Assembly: GCA_015063695.1 (NCBI GenBank)
Contig: SVTQ01000006.1
Coordinates: forward strand, 8,718 to 72,717
Reading direction: 5' to 3'
DNA from: Oscillospiraceae bacterium
GTDB taxonomy: Bacteria; Bacillota; Clostridia; Oscillospirales; CAG-272
Length of the DNA: 64,000 nucleotides
A program made the translations under genes and the position numbers. The stretch's first letter is position 1, and each line of letters starts with the position of its first letter. Of the stretch, positions 10,074-19,215 are shown piece after piece. The notes beneath the pieces are model-generated. The model did not search any database, was not told where the DNA came from, and was given only the letters and a program-made list of their open reading frames with translations.

Positions 10074-10700
10074 ATGACCCTGATTGAGCTGAAGCTTGTC
10101 TATATCATAACTGTTGCCTTTGTATACATAGGTGACCTTATGACAAAAAAGATGGCTGTATATCTCCACGAGACCGGAAAGGACGGCTTTGAGATAATAC
10201 CCGGATTTCTTGAATTTTGCTATTCCGAAAACAGCGGTATGGCTGCGGGAATGTTCAGCGAAAAAAGATTGCTTTTCATCGTTCCGTCGATAACTCTTAT
10301 GTCGCTGATAGTTTTATATCTTATTTTCGACAACGGATGGAATCCCGGGATCGGGATTGCCGCATCCATGGCACTTGGAGGCGGACTTGGAAATATGATG
10401 GAACGTCTTGGGGCTGCCGGATTTGTGGTGGACTCTATCTACGTTGTGCCCTTCAACTTTTTCCCTTTTGACTGTGTTTTCAACATAGCTGACGTATTTA
10501 TATGTATCGCCGGAGGACTTTTCATTTATGAGGTTATTAAAATTACAGTTTACGACGAAAAAAAGAAGCTTTTCGGAGAAGCGGAGAATACCCATGTGGA
10601 TATGCCCCGTTGGATAGAATTTCTTCTTAAGGACAACGATAAAAAGAAAAAAGCCGAAAAGTTTGAAGATAATAATGACAGTGAGGCGGAGCATTTATGA
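10074..10700 (+). CDS. lspA: lipoprotein signal peptidase II
   Basis: SENSGMAAGMF and FNIADVFICIAG motifs, four hydrophobic segments. The start is ambiguous: the ORF opens at 10011/10014, and ATG 10074 gives the usual N-terminus. Confidence 0.8.
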   Translation: MTLIELKLVYIITVAFVYIGDLMTKKMAVYLHETGKDGFEIIPGFLEFCYSENSGMAAGMFSEKRLLFIVPSITLMSLIVLYLIFDNGWNPGIGIAASMALGGGLGNMMERLGAAGFVVDSIYVVPFNFFPFDCVFNIADVFICIAGGLFIYEVIKITVYDEKKKLFGEAENTHVDMPRWIEFLLKDNDKKKKAEKFEDNNDSEAEHL

Positions 10701-11647
10701 TATCCGAAACGTTAATTGTAAAAGCAGAAAGCGAAAACATCGGCACGCGTGCCGATGTTTTCATATCGGAGACGGCCGATATGACAAGAAGCGCCGCGGG
10801 CAAGCTCCTGCAGGACGGTGCAGTTGTCTGCGGAGGAAAGCAGATAGCAAAAAACTATAAAATAAGAAAAGACGACGTTCTTGAGATAACCCTTCCCGAA
10901 CTTCGCGAGTGCGATGCGAAACCAGAGGATATTCCTCTTGACGTAAGGTATGAGGATGAAGATGTGATCGTTGTGAATAAACCTTGCGGAATGGTTGTTC
11001 ATCCCGCCCCGGGTCACGAAAACGGAACCCTTGTTTCCGCCCTTCTTTATCACTGCAAGGACAGTCTTTCCACTGTCGGCGGAGTTTTCAGGCAGGGCAT
11101 CGTCCACCGTATAGACCGCGACACAACGGGACTTATTGCGGCGGCGAAGAACGATAACGCACACCTCTCTTTGTCCGAACAGCTGAAAGACCATACCATG
11201 CACCGCGAATACCTTGCCCTTCTCGTGGGACGGCTTCCCGAGGAAACGGGAACGGTCAATAAGCCAATAGCAAGACACCCAACCGACAGAAAGAAGATGG
11301 CGGTAGGCGTTAAAAACGGAAAAGAAGCGGTGACCCATTGGAGGGTTCTTGGCGAGGCAGGAGGATTTACTCTTGCAAAAATGAAGCTTGAAACGGGGCG
11401 CACCCATCAGATAAGAGTACATATGGCATCCATCGGACATCCCGTTCTGGGAGACCCCGTATACGGCGGCGATAAAACACTTTTCCAAAAACAGCACAAA
11501 GCTATTTTCGAAGGACAGCTTCTTCATGCGGAAACTCTTAAATTCATTCATCCGAGGACAGGAGAACTTACGGCAGTAACCTGTCCGCCTCCCGAGAACT
11601 TTATGAGAGCCCTTGAGCTTCTCGGGCTTGACGAGCTTGTAAAGTAA
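10697..11647 (+). CDS. rluD: RluA/RluD-family 23S rRNA pseudouridine synthase
   Basis: N-terminal S4 domain, catalytic HRIDRDTTGL and GRTHQIRVH. ATGA overlap with lspA. Confidence 0.9.
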   Translation: MISETLIVKAESENIGTRADVFISETADMTRSAAGKLLQDGAVVCGGKQIAKNYKIRKDDVLEITLPELRECDAKPEDIPLDVRYEDEDVIVVNKPCGMVVHPAPGHENGTLVSALLYHCKDSLSTVGGVFRQGIVHRIDRDTTGLIAAAKNDNAHLSLSEQLKDHTMHREYLALLVGRLPEETGTVNKPIARHPTDRKKMAVGVKNGKEAVTHWRVLGEAGGFTLAKMKLETGRTHQIRVHMASIGHPVLGDPVYGGDKTLFQKQHKAIFEGQLLHAETLKFIHPRTGELTAVTCPPPENFMRALELLGLDELVK

Positions 11648-11655
11648 AAATCAAT

Positions 11656-11700
11656 CCTCGGCTTTTTCCGATAACAGGAAAAAGTCGGGGGATTTTTGTT
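11656..11700 (+). terminator. Rho-independent terminator after rluD
   Basis: CCTCGGCTTTTTCC / GGAAAAAGTCGGGG stem followed by ATTTTTGTTTT. Confidence 0.7.
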
Positions 11701-11784
11701 TTATAATGACTGAGAGCAGATCTTTCAGGCAATAATTTTCTTGCGTCAGAAAGAATTATCACATGACGGGAAAGGGAAAATATA

Positions 11785-12069
11785 ATGGTTAAAGGATGTC
11801 AGAGAAAAACCATACACATAAGAGATACGGGAAGCAAATATTATGAAGAGGCATATCTTATATTGCGTCCCGGTGCACTTGAGGGAGAGAGGGAGTCTGT
11901 CGAGATGATAGACGAGGCAATGCGGATAGTCGGGGAAAGCTTTCCTTTTGAAGGGCATGTGAAGGGAAGAGGATGCTCCCTTCGCTCCGTTGCGATCTTT
12001 GCGTCGGGAAGTGCTGTGGGGGCTGTTATTACATGCGCCGCTTGGCTTATTATGAATATCGGCTTCTGA
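11785..12069 (+). CDS. small conserved-looking hypothetical protein with C-terminal hydrophobic segment
   Basis: 94 aa, MVKGCQRKTIHIRDTGSKYYEEAYLILRPG... ending in VAIFASGSAVGAVITCAAWLIMNIGF. SD-like GGGAAAGGGAAAA lies upstream. No function is recognised. Confidence 0.45.
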   Translation: MVKGCQRKTIHIRDTGSKYYEEAYLILRPGALEGERESVEMIDEAMRIVGESFPFEGHVKGRGCSLRSVAIFASGSAVGAVITCAAWLIMNIGF

Positions 12070-12123
12070 ATCGCAAGATCGTTTTGTTTTTGCCGTTTAT
12101 TAAATCAGCTGCTGTCAAAACCC

Positions 12124-12152
12124 TTGACAAGGAAGTCTTTCGGGTTTATAAT
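12124..12152 (+). promoter_or_regulatory. consensus sigma-A promoter of rnj with about 270-nt leader
   Basis: TTGACA (12124-12129), a 17-nt spacer, then TATAAT (12147-12152). Confidence 0.65.
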
Positions 12153-12428
12153 TACAATAGCTACGTATCGGTCATATAATCCTTAGGGGATTATAGAATA
12201 TATTAATCAGCCCGTAAAACTCAAAAACAGAAATAGCACAGGATCTGACTTGACGAAGTCCGCCGCCCTCGGACGCCCCGTTTGCAGTCAGCTCCTTTAT
12301 CTGCATTTTCCCTGAAATAAGGGGGAAGTGTACCTTTTTCTGTTTTCCGTGGGTTTTTATGCGTACATACAATTTGTGTCTCCGTACAGGAGAGCATTGA
12401 AACATTTGCACAGGAAAGGAATACAAAA

Positions 12429-14096
12429 TTGAAAAATAAATCAAAACTTAAAATAATGCTTTTGGGCGGACTTTGCGAGATAGGCAAAAACCTCACCGTT
12501 ATTGAATACGGCGACGATATCCTTGTGATCGACTGCGGTCTTGCTTTCCCCAATGAAGATATGTTGGGAATTGACCTTGTTATCCCCGATATAACCTATC
12601 TTGAAAAAAATCAGGATAAGATAAGAGGTATTCTTTTGACCCACGGCCATGAAGACCATATCGGTGCCATCCCCTACGTACTGCGCACAATAAATCCTCC
12701 TATCTACGGAACAAAGCTTACTCTCGGCATTCTTGAGAATAAGCTTGCCGAGCATAAGCTTGAAAATCATGCAAGACTTGTTAACGTAAGCAACGGAACA
12801 AAGCTGAAGCTCGGCGTTTTCGAAGCGGAGTTCATAAGAGTAAACCACTCTATTGCGGATGCCTGCTGTATCGCAGTGCGTACTCCCGTCGGCGTTGTTC
12901 TCCATACGGGCGACTTCAAGCTTGACGTTTCTCCCATCGGCGGAGAAATGATGGATCTTACCAGAATTGGTGAGTACGGCAGAGAGGGTGTCCTCTGTAT
13001 GCTTTGCGAGTCCACTAACGTTGAGCGTCCGGGCTTTACTCCCTCGGAGCGTAAGGTAGGCTCTTCCCTCGACCAAATATTCCGTTCAAATGCGGATAAG
13101 CGAGTCATAGTTGCCACCTTCTCCTCCAACGTTCACAGAGTTCAGCAGATAATCGACGTCAGTGTCCGTTACGGCAGAAAGGTTGCCATAACGGGACGAA
13201 GCATGATAAACGTTATCGGCGCGGCGGTAAGGCTCGGGTATATGAACGTGCCCTCCGATACGCTTATTGATATTTCAGAAATAAACAGATACCCCGCAAA
13301 CCTTATTACCATTGTTACAACAGGTTCTCAGGGTGAGCCCATGAGTGCACTTTACAGAATGGCGTTTTCCGACCACAGCATGGTTTCCCTTACTTCGAAT
13401 GACCTTGTGGTTCTGTCTTCTCACGCTATCCCCGGAAACGAGGTGCTGGTAGGCAGAATAGTAAACGAGATGTACAAGAGAGGGGTTAACGTGTACCACG
13501 ATGAAGCGGAGGTTCACGTTTCGGGCCACGCATGTCAGGAAGAGCTTAAGCTGATGCACGCTCTTGTAAAGCCTAAGTATTTTATTCCCGTTCACGGCGA
13601 ATACAGACACCTTATGCAGCATAAGGAGCTTGCCGAATTCATGGGAATGAAGGCTTCCGATATTTTCGTTATGAACATCGGCGAGGTGGTTGAATTCGAC
13701 GAGGATCAGACTGCAAAGAGAGCAGGAAACGTTCCCTCGGGCCACGTTCTTATTGACGGATACGGCGTAGGTGACGTCGGAAACATCGTTCTCCGTGACC
13801 GCCGCCATCTGTCCGAGGACGGTATAATCGTTGTGGTTGCAACGGTCGACGAGGTAATGGGCGAGGTAGTATGCGGTCCCGATATCATATCCCGCGGATT
13901 TGTATACGTAAGAGAATCCGAGGAGCTTATGGAAGAGGTAAGGCTTCTTGCCGAGACCGTATTCAGAGAAACCGTTGAGGACGGAGTCTTTGAGTGGAAC
14001 CAGATAAAGAACAACGTGAGAGACACTCTTACAAAGTATATTTACAGCAAGACAAAGAGAAAGCCCATGATACTGCCCGTTATTATGAATGTGTGA
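12429..14096 (+). CDS. rnj: ribonuclease J
   Basis: TTG start. LKIMLLGGLCEIGKNLTVIEY...LLTHGHEDHIGAIPY, a beta-CASP metallo-beta-lactamase pattern. 555 aa. Confidence 0.92.
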   Translation: MKNKSKLKIMLLGGLCEIGKNLTVIEYGDDILVIDCGLAFPNEDMLGIDLVIPDITYLEKNQDKIRGILLTHGHEDHIGAIPYVLRTINPPIYGTKLTLGILENKLAEHKLENHARLVNVSNGTKLKLGVFEAEFIRVNHSIADACCIAVRTPVGVVLHTGDFKLDVSPIGGEMMDLTRIGEYGREGVLCMLCESTNVERPGFTPSERKVGSSLDQIFRSNADKRVIVATFSSNVHRVQQIIDVSVRYGRKVAITGRSMINVIGAAVRLGYMNVPSDTLIDISEINRYPANLITIVTTGSQGEPMSALYRMAFSDHSMVSLTSNDLVVLSSHAIPGNEVLVGRIVNEMYKRGVNVYHDEAEVHVSGHACQEELKLMHALVKPKYFIPVHGEYRHLMQHKELAEFMGMKASDIFVMNIGEVVEFDEDQTAKRAGNVPSGHVLIDGYGVGDVGNIVLRDRRHLSEDGIIVVVATVDEVMGEVVCGPDIISRGFVYVRESEELMEEVRLLAETVFRETVEDGVFEWNQIKNNVRDTLTKYIYSKTKRKPMILPVIMNV

Positions 14097-14104
14097 GGAA
14101 TAAA

Positions 14105-14404
14105 ATGGTAAAGCACGTAATTTTATGGAAGCTTAAAGAAGATATTGAAGACAGTGCAAAGGTGAAGAGCGAGGCTAAGGAAAATCTTGAGGCTCTTGTG
14201 GGTAAGGTGCCCGGGCTTCTTGAGCTTAATCTCATAATCGAAGGTCTTGAAACTTCAAACTGCGATATGATGCTCGATTCCACTCTTGAGAGCTTTGAGG
14301 CTCTGAAGGCTTATGCAGTTCATCCCGACCACGTGGCGGCGGCAGACGGTTACGTCAGACCCTTTACCGCAACCCGTCTCTGCATGGATTACGAGGTAGA
14401 ATGA
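14105..14404 (+). CDS. Dabb (stress-responsive alpha/beta barrel) family protein
   Basis: Start at ATG 14105 (MVKHVILWKLKEDI...). ALKAYAVHPDHVAA is typical of Dabb proteins. About 99 aa. Confidence 0.75.
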   Translation: MVKHVILWKLKEDIEDSAKVKSEAKENLEALVGKVPGLLELNLIIEGLETSNCDMMLDSTLESFEALKAYAVHPDHVAAADGYVRPFTATRLCMDYEVE

Positions 14405-14410
14405 AAAACG

Positions 14411-14445
14411 GAAATTGATCCCTTCGGGGATTAATTTCATTTAAT
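14411..14445 (+). terminator. Rho-independent terminator
   Basis: GAAATTGATCCC-TTCG-GGGATTAATTTC hairpin followed by a T-rich tail. Confidence 0.6.
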
Positions 14446-14484
14446 ACGGAAATAATCAGAAAAAGACAAAAAGAAAGACAAAAA

Positions 14485-15870
14485 ATGCTGAGAGATATTA
14501 TTACAGACAAAAGAGCCCTTTTTCCTGCAGGTTGCCATACGGAGCTTCGCGCGCAGATAAACAGAAGCCGCAGTGTTACAATACTTTCGGGAAATCTTAC
14601 GGGCAATTCAAGAGTTGAGGTTTCGGGTGTTGGCGCCCGTGTGTACAAAAACGGTGTGTGGGGATTTTCCTCTGCGGCTGCTCTTAATGACGAAGCCGCA
14701 CGGGACGTGCTTGCCGCCGCCGCTGACAATGCCTCTTTTATGGACAGCCATATAAAAGCGGGAAAGGGTCCCCTTCCTTTTCCTTCCGAAGGAAATTTGC
14801 CCCTTAACAGAATAATTGAAGAAATTCCTCAGGAGGTGTATATAGAATATCTGCGCCGCCTTGACGAATACGCAGAAAAGAACTGTAAGAGCCTTGTTTC
14901 CCGCTCTGTTTCCGTGCGCGAGGACTCTATGGAAAAAATGCTTCTCGTCAGTGACGGTATGAGCGCTCACACCGCCGCTCCCAGAAGCTACGTTTATATT
15001 TTTATGACCGCGGAAACACCCGACGGAACTCCCGTTGACCTCTTTGCGCCAATCGGCGGAAGCGGTATCTTCACGGAGAATTTCAAGTTCCCCGAAGAGC
15101 TTTTCGGAGAGGTTGATAACCTCTATAAGAAGCTTCTTGAAAAGAGATGCGGAGTGTGGGCAGAAGCAGGTGAAAAGACCGTTATTCTCGGCGCAGAGCT
15201 TGCAGGTATGCTTGCTCACGAAGCGGTGGGACATACGGTTGAAGCCGACCTTGTGGCAGGCGGAAGCGTTGCTTCACACATGCTTGGAAAGAGAGTCGGA
15301 AGTGAGCTTGTAAACCTTACGGACTTTGCTTTCGAAGCCCTCGGCGCACCTGCGCCTCTTCCCGTTTGCGTTGACGATGAGGGAACAAAAGCTGTTGACG
15401 ACGTTATAATCAAGGATGGGATCCTCGTTGGCTATATCAACGACAGAGAGAGTGCCGAAAAGTACGGAATGGAGCCTACGGGTAACGCGAGAGCTTATTC
15501 CTTCTCGGACGAGCCCCTTATAAGAATGAGAAATACTGCAATTCTTCCCGGAGAGTCTTCCCTTGAGGAAATGATCTCCACCGTAAAGGACGGATATTAC
15601 CTTATAGACACCAATAACGGACAGGCGGACACCACGGGCGAGTTCATGTTCGGTATAAGCATGGGCTATGAAATAAAGGACGGAAAGCTTGGGCGCGCTA
15701 TCCTTGACACCACCCTCTCGGGTGTTGCTTTTGAAATGCTGAAGACCGTTGATATGGTATCACGTAACATGCATTGGGCAAGCTCGGGTTTTTGCGGTAA
15801 GAAACAGCCTATGCCCGTGGGAATGGGCGGCCCCGAGATAAGATGCCGCGCCATGATAGGAGGAAGATGA
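14485..15870 (+). CDS. tldD: TldD-family metallopeptidase
   Basis: HEAVGH zinc motif. 461 aa. Paired with a PmbA-like gene 1 nt downstream. Confidence 0.85.
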   Translation: MLRDIITDKRALFPAGCHTELRAQINRSRSVTILSGNLTGNSRVEVSGVGARVYKNGVWGFSSAAALNDEAARDVLAAAADNASFMDSHIKAGKGPLPFPSEGNLPLNRIIEEIPQEVYIEYLRRLDEYAEKNCKSLVSRSVSVREDSMEKMLLVSDGMSAHTAAPRSYVYIFMTAETPDGTPVDLFAPIGGSGIFTENFKFPEELFGEVDNLYKKLLEKRCGVWAEAGEKTVILGAELAGMLAHEAVGHTVEADLVAGGSVASHMLGKRVGSELVNLTDFAFEALGAPAPLPVCVDDEGTKAVDDVIIKDGILVGYINDRESAEKYGMEPTGNARAYSFSDEPLIRMRNTAILPGESSLEEMISTVKDGYYLIDTNNGQADTTGEFMFGISMGYEIKDGKLGRAILDTTLSGVAFEMLKTVDMVSRNMHWASSGFCGKKQPMPVGMGGPEIRCRAMIGGR

Positions 15871-15871
15871 T

Positions 15872-17200
15872 ATGGAAAGCAGAATAAACGAGCTTCTCTC
15901 CGTTACGGAAAAGGGACTTTCGCACCTTAAAGCGCTTGGTGCAGATACGGCAAGAGTTACCGCCTCCCTTTCAGTTACCCATGAATTTAACGTAGATTCG
16001 GGCAAATTCAGCCTTTTCCGCACATTATTTGACCGCTCCCTCGGAATGATGGCAATAAAAGAAGGTAAAAAAGGCGTTTATGCCACAAATAAGACCGATG
16101 ATGCGGATATTGTAAGTGCGGCAGAGCAGTGTATCGCTGTAGCCGAGAGCGCAACTCCCGATGATGCGTGGGCGCTTGCTCCCGACAGCGGTCACATAAA
16201 GTTCCACGAGGAAAATACGGGCGCAGACCTTGACAGACTGTTTGAGCGAAGCGTTGAGCTTGTAGAAACAATAAAGAAAAATCATCCTACGATAATTATT
16301 GAACAGATGATAGTTACCCATGGAGAAAAAGAAGGGGTCTACCGTAACACGATGGGCGCTCTTTATGAAACAAAAGAGGGCTTTTACGGAGTTGACCTTA
16401 TGTTCTCCGCCCACGACGGGGAAAACTGCTCCTCCTTCTTTGGCGTCGGAGTAACTACCGAAGACCTTGATACCCCCTTCTATGAGCTGGGCTCCATAAA
16501 GCGTGACCTTGCAAGCGTGGAAAAGCAGGTGGTGACCCGTCCCGTTGACGGTAAATTTACAGGAACTATTCTTTTGACTCCCGATGCCTTTGCAGGATTT
16601 ATGGGTAGCATTATCGGAAACTTTGCGGGGGACAGAAGCGTGCTCGAAAAAACAAGTATTTGGCTTGATAAGGTGGGGGAAAAGGTTGCAGACGAAAGAC
16701 TTACCGTTTCCTTCCCCGTACAGACGGAGGGAATAGTAGGCAGAGATAACTATACTGCCGAGGGCTTCCTTTGCGAGGATTTCACAATCATTGATAAAGG
16801 GGTTCTCACTGCCTTCCCCCTTTCTCTCTACGTTGCCAATAAAACGGGACGTAGTCCCGTTAAAAACAGCCTTGACTGTATGGTAATAACTCCCGGAGAA
16901 AAGTCCTTCGAGGAGATCGTGAAGGGTATAGATAAGGGTCTTTTTGTCGGTAGATTTTCGGGCGGCGCTCCGGGGGTTTCCGGCGAGTTTTCAGGGGTTG
17001 CCAAGAACAGCTTCCTTATTGAAAACGGAGAAATAACAACTGCCGTCAGCGAAACGATGATATCGGGCAATATGGCGGAAATGATAAATAACCTTGTTGA
17101 GCTTTCCTCTGACGTGATTGCCGACGGAACCTCACTTCTTCCCTATGCCTCCTTTTCGGGCATTACGATTTCAGGAAAAACTTCTGAATTTGAAGAATAA
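15872..17200 (+). CDS. pmbA: PmbA/TldE-family metallopeptidase partner
   Basis: 442 aa with the TldD/PmbA-fold C-terminus (GGAPGVSGEFSGVAKNSFLIENGE). Adjacent to tldD. Confidence 0.8.
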   Translation: MESRINELLSVTEKGLSHLKALGADTARVTASLSVTHEFNVDSGKFSLFRTLFDRSLGMMAIKEGKKGVYATNKTDDADIVSAAEQCIAVAESATPDDAWALAPDSGHIKFHEENTGADLDRLFERSVELVETIKKNHPTIIIEQMIVTHGEKEGVYRNTMGALYETKEGFYGVDLMFSAHDGENCSSFFGVGVTTEDLDTPFYELGSIKRDLASVEKQVVTRPVDGKFTGTILLTPDAFAGFMGSIIGNFAGDRSVLEKTSIWLDKVGEKVADERLTVSFPVQTEGIVGRDNYTAEGFLCEDFTIIDKGVLTAFPLSLYVANKTGRSPVKNSLDCMVITPGEKSFEEIVKGIDKGLFVGRFSGGAPGVSGEFSGVAKNSFLIENGEITTAVSETMISGNMAEMINNLVELSSDVIADGTSLLPYASFSGITISGKTSEFEE

Positions 17201-17216
17201 GAGCCGAATTATTCAA

Positions 17217-17260
17217 AAAGGTGCTGTAAAAAAACTTGTCAGTTTTTTTACAGCACCTTT
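17217..17260. terminator. bidirectional terminator between convergent genes
   Basis: AAAGGTGCTGTAAAAAAACT / AGTTTTTTTACAGCACCTTT, a perfect 20-bp palindrome arm pair. Confidence 0.75.
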
Positions 17261-17270
17261 AGTGTTATAG

Positions 17271-19052
17271 TTATGCTTTAATCTCGTACTTCTTGCTGAA
17301 TTCTTCAAAGGTCTCATCGAATTCTTCGTTGCCGTGCTTGACCTTCTGGAGATACTTGTGAGTATCGAAGGAGTTATGAGCAAGCTCAATAACCGTAACG
17401 GCGATATTGGAGCAGTGGTCTGAAATTCTTTCGCAGTTGTTTATAAGGTCGGAAAGAATGAAGCCCATTTCAATGGTACAGATACCTGCCTGAAGTCTCT
17501 TGATATGACCTGTCTTAACGATAGCAACAAGCTCGTCGATCACCTGCTCGAGAGGTTCAACTCTTGTAGCGAGAGCCACGTCATTGTTCTTGTATGCCAT
17601 GAAGGTGATATCAAGAATCTCATTGAGAGCCTCCATAAGAACTTTAAGCTCTTGTGTTGCGTTTTCGGAGAAGCTCAGCTTTTTGTCGCGAAGCTCTTCT
17701 GCAACCTTGAGAATATTTACTGCGTGGTCGCCGAGACGTTCAAAGTCACCGATAACGTGGAGCATCTTTGAAACTCTGTTGGTGTCCGCATCACTCATAG
17801 AGCGAGAAGAAAGCTGAACGAGGTAAGTTCCGAGGCGGTCCTCATACTTGTCCAGCATATCCTCGAAATCGAGAACGTTCTTTGCTTCCTTGTCGTCGTA
17901 TTTATGTACAAGGTCGAAGGAAAGACCGATGGACTTCTGAGCGATATCAGCCATTTTGTAGGTTATATCGTTTGCTTCCGCAATCGCAACGGAGGGAGTT
18001 GCGAGAAGTCTGTCGTCCAGCATGGAGTGCTCTATGTTTTCTCCGTCCTTTTCCTTCATGATGATGTTGGCAAGCTTTTCAAGGGCTCCTCTGAAGGGGA
18101 AGAGAATAAACGTTGTGAATATATTGAAGATGGTGTGTACAATGGTAATTCCGATAACGGGAATGGGAGTTGCTGCAAAGTTTTCTACGTGGAAAAGTGC
18201 TTCGAACACTCCAAATGCGTTGAGGAGATAGAAGAGTGCAAGACAAAGAATTGTTCCGATAACGTTAAAGGAGATGTGTACGACGGCAACCTTCTTTGCA
18301 TTTTTGTTAACACCGATACTGGAAATAAGGGCCGTAACGCAAGTACCGATATTCTGACCCATGATGATGGGAATAGCCATGCCGTAGGAAACTGCGCCTG
18401 TGCTTGCAAGACCGATAAGAACACCGACGGAAGCTGCGGAACTCTGAATAATTCCCGTGAATGCAGCGCCTACGAGAACTGCAAGGAAGGGATTCTGGAA
18501 CATCAGCATAACGTCAGCAAAGCCTTCCATTTCAGCAAGAGGCTTCATGGAATCACTCATAAGACTCATACCGAGCATAAGTACAGCAAAACCGACAAGT
18601 ATCTTACCGATATCCTTGAATTTTGCCTTTTTGGACATCATGATAAGAACAGCGCCTACAAGAGCAAAAATGAGAGAGAAGTTGTCGGGCTTCATCATCT
18701 TCAGCCATACAACATCGGACTCAATGCCTACAAGGGCAAGAAGCCATGTGGTGAGAGTTGTACCGATGTTGGAGCCCATGATAACGCCGATGGTCTGACC
18801 GAATTTCATAATGCCGGAGTTTACAAGACCTACAAGCATTACGGTCATAGCAGATGAAGACTGAATAGCGATAGTTATACCTGCGCCCAGAGCCATACTT
18901 ACAAGGGGCTTTGACGTTGCCTTCTTGAGCATCTGCTCAAGTTTACCGCCTGCCATTTTTTCAAGGCCGGATGACATAACGGTCATGCCGTAAAGGAAAA
19001 ATGCAAGGCCGCCCATAAGTGTGATTATTGAAAAAATATCAAATGTTGCCAC
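17271..19052 (-). CDS. Na+/phosphate cotransporter family protein with C-terminal PhoU-like domains
   Basis: Two repeats of the GxxxQSSSA motif (TIAIQSSSAMT, GIIQSSAASV) and a C-terminal helical PhoU-like region. Likely GTG start at 19052 after AGGAGG; the ORF opens at 19079. Confidence 0.85.
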   Translation of the reverse strand: MATFDIFSIITLMGGLAFFLYGMTVMSSGLEKMAGGKLEQMLKKATSKPLVSMALGAGITIAIQSSSAMTVMLVGLVNSGIMKFGQTIGVIMGSNIGTTLTTWLLALVGIESDVVWLKMMKPDNFSLIFALVGAVLIMMSKKAKFKDIGKILVGFAVLMLGMSLMSDSMKPLAEMEGFADVMLMFQNPFLAVLVGAAFTGIIQSSAASVGVLIGLASTGAVSYGMAIPIIMGQNIGTCVTALISSIGVNKNAKKVAVVHISFNVIGTILCLALFYLLNAFGVFEALFHVENFAATPIPVIGITIVHTIFNIFTTFILFPFRGALEKLANIIMKEKDGENIEHSMLDDRLLATPSVAIAEANDITYKMADIAQKSIGLSFDLVHKYDDKEAKNVLDFEDMLDKYEDRLGTYLVQLSSRSMSDADTNRVSKMLHVIGDFERLGDHAVNILKVAEELRDKKLSFSENATQELKVLMEALNEILDITFMAYKNNDVALATRVEPLEQVIDELVAIVKTGHIKRLQAGICTIEMGFILSDLINNCERISDHCSNIAVTVIELAHNSFDTHKYLQKVKHGNEEFDETFEEFSKKYEIKA

Positions 19053-19104
19053 GGTTCCTCCTGATCTTTTTGATCGCAAATCGTGTATTTGTTTGGTAAG
19101 TTTG

Positions 19105-19147
19105 TTTTTGAAAAAAGAGTGGCAGAAGCCTTCACTTTTGCCACTCT
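19105..19147 (-). terminator. Rho-independent terminator of the foldase-like gene
   Basis: AGAGTGGCA...GCCACTCT stem with a T-run on the minus strand. Confidence 0.6.
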
Positions 19148-19215
19148 AAAGGGTCACTTTGTTAACGAAGGCTATATTTATAACCGAGTGTTAAATGTCA
19201 AATGACTCAAATTCT

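Noticed and set aside
17904-18857. 317-aa plus-strand ORF
   Set aside because: It is antisense to the Na/Pi cotransporter gene and is a shadow ORF.
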